The translations under genes and the position numbers were made by a program. From an uncultured bacterium (GTDB lineage: Bacteria > Krumholzibacteriota > Krumholzibacteriia > LZORAL124-64-63), in the NCBI GenBank assembly GCA_963732385.1, contig CAVSZB010000003.1:320001-384000 (forward strand): 64,000 nucleotides of DNA, read 5' to 3'. Positions 57,852 through 64,000 of this stretch are shown in pieces. Under the pieces are notes generated by a model, which was not told where the DNA came from, made no database searches, and saw only the letters and a list, made by a program, of their open reading frames with translations. Positions within the stretch are counted from its first letter, which is position 1. Each line of letters begins with the position of its first letter.

Positions 57852-57925
57852 GTTTGTCCTGCGCATACTAACACCAGTTCCGATCTGGCGCCCGACGGCG
57901 CGGAACCCTACCGAGGAGGTGCGCC

Positions 57926-59194
57926 GTGAAGCGCGAAGCGGGAATCGTGACGTTCGCCCTGACGGTGTTGCTGAGCGTGGCGACGGCGGCGGCGGCAACG
58001 CAGCCGTGCGTCAAGTGTCACGAGGGGATCACCCCGGGCGTGGTGGCCGACTGGCAGCTGAGCAGGCACGCGCAGAACTCCATCGGCTGCGAGACCTGCC
58101 ACGGCGACGGGCACACCACCGCGACTGACGTCGCCAGGGTCAAGCTGCCGACCGCAGACACCTGCGGTCAGTGTCATGAAACGCAGCTCGGCCAGTTCAG
58201 CAAGGGCAAGCACGCACTGTCGTGGGCTTCGTTCAACGCCATGCCGACCACCCACGCCCTGCCGCTGGCTCTGCGCGAAGGGATGAAAGGGTGTGGCGGC
58301 TGCCACAAGCTGGGGCTCAAGTCGCCGGCCGAGATCGAGCGGCTGGCGCAGCAGGGCGGCATGCACGGGAACGCCTCGTGCGACGCCTGCCACACCCGTC
58401 ACACCTTCAGCGTGGTCGAGGCGCGTCAGCCGCAGGCGTGCCAGACCTGCCACATGGGCTTCGACCACCCGCAGTGGGAGATGTACTCCGCGTCCAAGCA
58501 CGGCGTGCGCGCGCTGCTGAAACAGAACGGCATCCTGCCGGCTTCGGCTGCGGCGCCCACCTGCCAGACCTGCCACATGCCGGAGGGCAACCACGAGGTG
58601 CGCACGGCCTGGGGCTTCCTGGCGGTGCGGCTGCCGCTGTCAGACGATCCGCAGTGGAAGGCCGACCAGGTTACGATCCTGCAGGCGCTCGGCGTGCTCG
58701 ATCCGGCCGGGAATCCGACCGGACGGCTCGACGTCGTGAAAGCAGCCGACGTGGCTCGGCTCACGCAGGAGGCGTTCGACGTCGAGCGCCAGAAGATGCT
58801 CGTCGTGTGCGGGCAGTGCCACGCCGCGACCTTCGCCAGGGGCGAGCTGCAGAAGGGCGACGACATGGTCCGCGACGCCGACCATCTCCTCGCCGAGGCG
58901 ATCCGCGAGATCGCCGGGCTCTACCGGGATGGCGTCCTGGCGCAGCCGGCCGGTTACGCCGCGGCGTTCCCGGACCTGCTCGCCTTCCACGATGCCCCGA
59001 CCGCGGTCGAACAAAAGCTGTTCGTCATGCATCTCGAACACCGCATGCGCGCCTTCCAGGGCACGTTCCACGCCAATCCCGACTACGCGCTGTGGTACGG
59101 CTGGAGCGAGATGAAGCGGGATCTGCAGGAGATCAGGGAGCTGGCGACGCAGATGCGCGCCCGGCACGCGGCCGGCTCCAGGGCCGGGGGCTGA
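57926..59194 (+). CDS. Octaheme cytochrome c, hydroxylamine oxidoreductase (HAO)-like family
   Basis: Eight CxxCH motifs; CDACHTRHTFS..EAR.P.AC.TCHMGFDHPQWEMY..SKHG; C-terminal HANPDYALWYGW; signal peptide. Confidence 0.88.
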   Translation: MKREAGIVTFALTVLLSVATAAAATQPCVKCHEGITPGVVADWQLSRHAQNSIGCETCHGDGHTTATDVARVKLPTADTCGQCHETQLGQFSKGKHALSWASFNAMPTTHALPLALREGMKGCGGCHKLGLKSPAEIERLAQQGGMHGNASCDACHTRHTFSVVEARQPQACQTCHMGFDHPQWEMYSASKHGVRALLKQNGILPASAAAPTCQTCHMPEGNHEVRTAWGFLAVRLPLSDDPQWKADQVTILQALGVLDPAGNPTGRLDVVKAADVARLTQEAFDVERQKMLVVCGQCHAATFARGELQKGDDMVRDADHLLAEAIREIAGLYRDGVLAQPAGYAAAFPDLLAFHDAPTAVEQKLFVMHLEHRMRAFQGTFHANPDYALWYGWSEMKRDLQEIRELATQMRARHAAGSRAGG

Positions 59195-59294
59195 GCGCTG
59201 GCGGGCCCGCGCATCTTCTGTTACCGTGCATCGACGCGCGTCCGCCCGGCCGCGCGTCGTTGCATGTGCGGGTCATACAGGAGGAGAAGACGGC

Positions 59295-59927
59295 ATGAGG
59301 AAGACGTTCCTGCTCATCGCGATGTCGGCCCTGCTGGCGATCGGTTGCTCGGGAGACAAAGGCGCCGGCGCGGCGAAGTCCGGCGGCTCGCTCAAGGGGG
59401 CCGGGGGCGCGGCGCTCGATGGCAGTGAAGTCTCGATCGCCGGCGTGATTGTCAGGGCTCCCGGGGTCTGGAAGGACTTCGGCCCGAGCGGCATGCGCGC
59501 CGCCAGCTACGCCTTCGGTCCGGCCCGTGGCGATGCTGATTCGGCAACCGTGGCGGTCTTCTACTTCGGCAAGCAGGGCGGCGGCGCCATCGAGGATAAT
59601 TTCGACCGCTGGCTCGGCCAGATGGCGATGCCAGATGGCGGCGATCCGCGCCAGGCCGCCAGGCGCGCCGACGGCACGGCCGACGGCATGCCTTTCCACC
59701 ACATGGAAGTGGCCGGCGCCTACAACGGCGCCGCGATGGGCGGCGGCATGGGCGGCGGCATGGGCGGAGGCGGTGGCGGCGCGCGCGCCGGCTATTTCAT
59801 GTCGGCGGCCGTGCTCGAGGGGCCGCAGGGGAGCGTATTCTTCAAGCTTACCGGACCGGAGAAGACGGCTCGGGAGATGAACGACGCCTTCCTGGCGATG
59901 CTGCAGGCGGCGCGGAAGGCGCAGTAG
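59295..59927 (+). CDS. Hypothetical lipoprotein with Met/Gly-rich loop
   Basis: Lipobox AIGC; MRAASY, GGAIEDNFDRWLGQ, FFKLTGP; AMGGGMGGGMGGGG. Confidence 0.7.
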   Translation: MRKTFLLIAMSALLAIGCSGDKGAGAAKSGGSLKGAGGAALDGSEVSIAGVIVRAPGVWKDFGPSGMRAASYAFGPARGDADSATVAVFYFGKQGGGAIEDNFDRWLGQMAMPDGGDPRQAARRADGTADGMPFHHMEVAGAYNGAAMGGGMGGGMGGGGGGARAGYFMSAAVLEGPQGSVFFKLTGPEKTAREMNDAFLAMLQAARKAQ

Positions 59928-59965
59928 CGTCGTTCTCCGGTCAGGATGTCCGCTGACGGACCCGT

Positions 59966-60712
59966 TTACCGGTTCTCGACGTCGAGCCAGCGCGTTCGCT
60001 TCTTGATGGTCCTCAGCACCAGCCAGATCACCAGGCCGATGGCCAGCAAGGCGGTCCACAGGGGGTCCGGCTCCAGCCGTCCGTACAGGAAGTAATCCTC
60101 GGTGAGTTCCAGGACGAACATCGTCACGATGATCGCGAAGAAACCGTGATACTCGCGCCGCACGGCGTTGCGTACCGAAAACGGCAGCTCGAACGGGCGC
60201 CATCGCCGCAGGTCGGGAACGAAGGCGGGCACGCGGCTCGCCCACTCGTCGAACCCGGAACCGAACTTGCGCCGCAGGAAAGCCTCCTCCGCATACATGA
60301 TCCGCTCGTAGTACAGCCAGAAAGCGAGCACGCTGATGAGCGCCAGCCACCAGGTGTGCGCGAAAAGCCCCAGGGCGAGATAGATGAAGAAATTGCCGAG
60401 GTAGAGCGGGTGTCGGACAACTGAGTACAGCCCATCGGTGCTGAGCGAGTTGGCGATCTGCCGCTTCGTGTTCCGACCGGAGGTTCCCTGCGGGGCATGC
60501 CCTATCGCCACGATCCGGATGGCCAGGCCGATGAACGCCACAGCCAGACACATCATCTCCCACAGATGATCGCGATTCTCGTCGTGGTTCGACTGGTCCA
60601 CGTTCCGGAATCCCCAAACGATCACGACCAGCAGAATTAGCGGCAGGAGGCTTCGCCGCCTGAACAGCCAGTTGCCGTTGCTCTCGAACTCTTCGGGCAG
60701 CGCCACCGCCAT
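59966..60712 (-). CDS. ICMT/PEMT-family membrane methyltransferase, similar to lipid A 1-phosphate methyltransferase LmtA
   Basis: EEFE..GNWLFR.RS, GTSGRNT..Q.A..L.T.GLYS.VRHPLYLGN, YYERI..AEE.FL..KFG, W...VPAF.P, RREY.G. Confidence 0.8.
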   Translation of the reverse strand: MAVALPEEFESNGNWLFRRRSLLPLILLVVIVWGFRNVDQSNHDENRDHLWEMMCLAVAFIGLAIRIVAIGHAPQGTSGRNTKRQIANSLSTDGLYSVVRHPLYLGNFFIYLALGLFAHTWWLALISVLAFWLYYERIMYAEEAFLRRKFGSGFDEWASRVPAFVPDLRRWRPFELPFSVRNAVRREYHGFFAIIVTMFVLELTEDYFLYGRLEPDPLWTALLAIGLVIWLVLRTIKKRTRWLDVENR

Positions 60713-60985
60713 TCTCCTTCGTTTTCCGGATCGTCGTTTCGTTCGGCAGATGATCCGATACTAGCGTTGTCGAATGCACATCGTCAATCCGGAGCATTTG
60801 CCACCAGACATGGGTGGCCCGACAAGGCCCTTGTCTACGCGCCCGGAACTCGTATATGCTCGTTCCTCCTCGTCAGGAGCAGGAGTGGATGGTTCTTGGG
60901 GGCGATGATGCCTGGCCAGCAACCGCACATCAGCGGACAGCCACCGAGAATCCGCCGCAAGAAACCACCTGGAAGGGGCTTGGCC

Positions 60986-62392
<1,407 letters not shown>

Positions 62393-62467
62393 CACCGGGT
62401 GATGCGGGCCGGCCCGATTGATATTGCGAACCCGTCGGGCCGGAACCACCCGGATCGCTGGCAAGGG

Positions 62468-62504
62468 AAGACCCCGCAGGCACGGACTGCGGGGTCTTTC
62501 TCTC
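62468..62504 (+). terminator. Intrinsic terminator between the convergent S8 and lpdA genes
   Basis: AAGACCCCGCAG/CTGCGGGGTCTT stem followed by TCTCTC. Confidence 0.7.
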
Positions 62505-62530
62505 TGCCGGTATGGACCCGGCGTCGGCGT

Positions 62531-63973
62531 TCAGACGGACGGACGGCGCGCCTGGCGCTGCGCCGGCGTGAACATGGCTTCGGCCGCTTCCATGAGGGTT
62601 TCGGACAGCGTCGGGTGTGGGTGGATGGTGAGGCGTAAATCGTCCACGTTGGCCCCCATCTCCATGGCGAGCACAGCCTCGGCTATCAGTTCGCCGGCGC
62701 CGGGGCCGGCCAGGCCGACGCCGAAAACGCGGCCGGTGTCGGGGTGAGCCAGGACCTTGGTCAGGCCTTCGGCGCGTCCCAGGGTGGCGGCGCGGCCGGA
62801 GGCGCCCCAGGGGTACTTGGCGGCCTTGAACGGGCGCTTGTCGCGCCGCAGTTCGGTTTCGGTGGCGCCACACCAGGCGATTTCCGGATCGGTGAACACC
62901 ACGGCGGGGATGGCGCGCGGGTCGAACTCGACCGGTTCGCCGGCGATCGCTTCGACGGCGGCCCGTCCCTCGGCGGTCGCCTTGTGGGCGAGCATCGGCT
63001 CGCCGGCGAGGTCGCCGATGGCGTACAGGCCCGGCTCGGCGGTTTCGCGGCGGGGGTCGACCGTGACGAAGCCGCGCTCGTTTACGTGTGCGCGGGTTGT
63101 CTCGAGGCCAAGACCCTCGGAGTTGGGGCGGCGGCCGACGGACACCAGCACGCGCTCGAAGAGGCGGGTCTCCTCCTGGTCGTCTTTGCCGCGCAGCGTC
63201 ACCTTCACGCCGTTCTTCTGCGGCGCGAGAGCAGTCACGGTGGTGCGGAGCAGGATCGCCGCGAATTTTTTCTCCAGCCGGCGCGCCAGCATCGAGACCA
63301 GGTCGCGGTCGGCGCCGGGCAGCAGGCCGTCGGTCATTTCGACCACGGTCACCTCGCTGCCCAGGGCGGCGTAGACTGAACCGAGCTCGAGGCCGATGTA
63401 GCCGCCGCCGACCACGAGCAGCGTGCGCGGCACGTCAGGCAGGGCGAGGGCGTCGGTGGAGTCGAGCACGCGCGGCGAGTCGGAGCGCAGCGCGGCGGGG
63501 ATGGCGGGGCGCGAACCGGTGGCGACGATCGCGTGCGTGAAGGCGAGTCGCTCCTCGCGGCCGCCGGCCTCGATGACGGCCAGTTCGCGCGGGCCGTGGA
63601 GGCGGGCGGTTCCGCGCAGGTGGGTCACGCCGAGCTTCTTCATCTGGGCGCCGAGGCCGACGGTCAGTTTGGCGACGATTTCGTCCTTCCAGGCGCGGGT
63701 GCGGTCGAGGTCGAGCGCCGGCGCGCCGAAGGTGACGCCGTAGCGCGGAGCCTCCTTCGCCTCTTCCAGCGTGTGCGCGACGTGCAGCAGCGCTTTCGAC
63801 GGGATGCAGCCGCGGAAGAGGCAGACGCCGCCCGGATTGGGGGCAGGGTCGATCAGCGTGACCTGCATGCCGAGCTGCGCGGCGAGGAAGGCGGCGGGGT
63901 AGCCGCCGGGGCCGCCGCCGATGATCGCCAGCCGGATCGCGCCGGGGTCGACATGCTTCGTGCCGTCCGCCAT
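62531..63973 (-). CDS. lpdA: Dihydrolipoyl dehydrogenase (E3)
   Basis: GGGPGGY, GGVCLFRGCIPSKALL, GGGYIGLE, LAHKA, HPHPTLSE. Confidence 0.96.
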   Translation of the reverse strand: MADGTKHVDPGAIRLAIIGGGPGGYPAAFLAAQLGMQVTLIDPAPNPGGVCLFRGCIPSKALLHVAHTLEEAKEAPRYGVTFGAPALDLDRTRAWKDEIVAKLTVGLGAQMKKLGVTHLRGTARLHGPRELAVIEAGGREERLAFTHAIVATGSRPAIPAALRSDSPRVLDSTDALALPDVPRTLLVVGGGYIGLELGSVYAALGSEVTVVEMTDGLLPGADRDLVSMLARRLEKKFAAILLRTTVTALAPQKNGVKVTLRGKDDQEETRLFERVLVSVGRRPNSEGLGLETTRAHVNERGFVTVDPRRETAEPGLYAIGDLAGEPMLAHKATAEGRAAVEAIAGEPVEFDPRAIPAVVFTDPEIAWCGATETELRRDKRPFKAAKYPWGASGRAATLGRAEGLTKVLAHPDTGRVFGVGLAGPGAGELIAEAVLAMEMGANVDDLRLTIHPHPTLSETLMEAAEAMFTPAQRQARRPSV

Positions 63974-64000
63974 CGTCTGCTCCTTCCGGCGATCGCGCCG

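Overview
GC-rich bacterial window of mixed housekeeping and envelope genes from a diderm organism. A secreted protein ending in a FlgD-Ig/secretion-CTD domain suggests an FCB-group lineage such as Krumholzibacteriota or Latescibacterota (inference only). The main result is an intact IS110/IS1111-type element (about 53014-54487) inserted into the stop codon of that CTD gene. It rebuilds a stop codon, brings its own terminator and forms a junction promoter on circularisation. Its 3' non-coding region contains short segments matching both the reconstructed target (TGAAG-TA-GCGC) and the circle junction, so it is a candidate bridge/seek RNA aimed at 'xK-stop' gene ends. Two selenoprotein genes with in-frame UGA are missed or truncated by the ORF track: selD and a HesB/IscA-like gene. 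Other content: a TPP riboswitch heading a TonB receptor-thiamine pyrophosphokinase-sodium:solute symporter operon; addAB with a 1-nt frameshift in addB; a Tat-exported SOD beside a CydA-like/cytochrome c fusion pair; an octaheme HAO-family cytochrome; an LmtA-like methyltransferase; and several operators, promoters and long inverted repeats. All functional calls come from motif recognition by eye; no searches were run.
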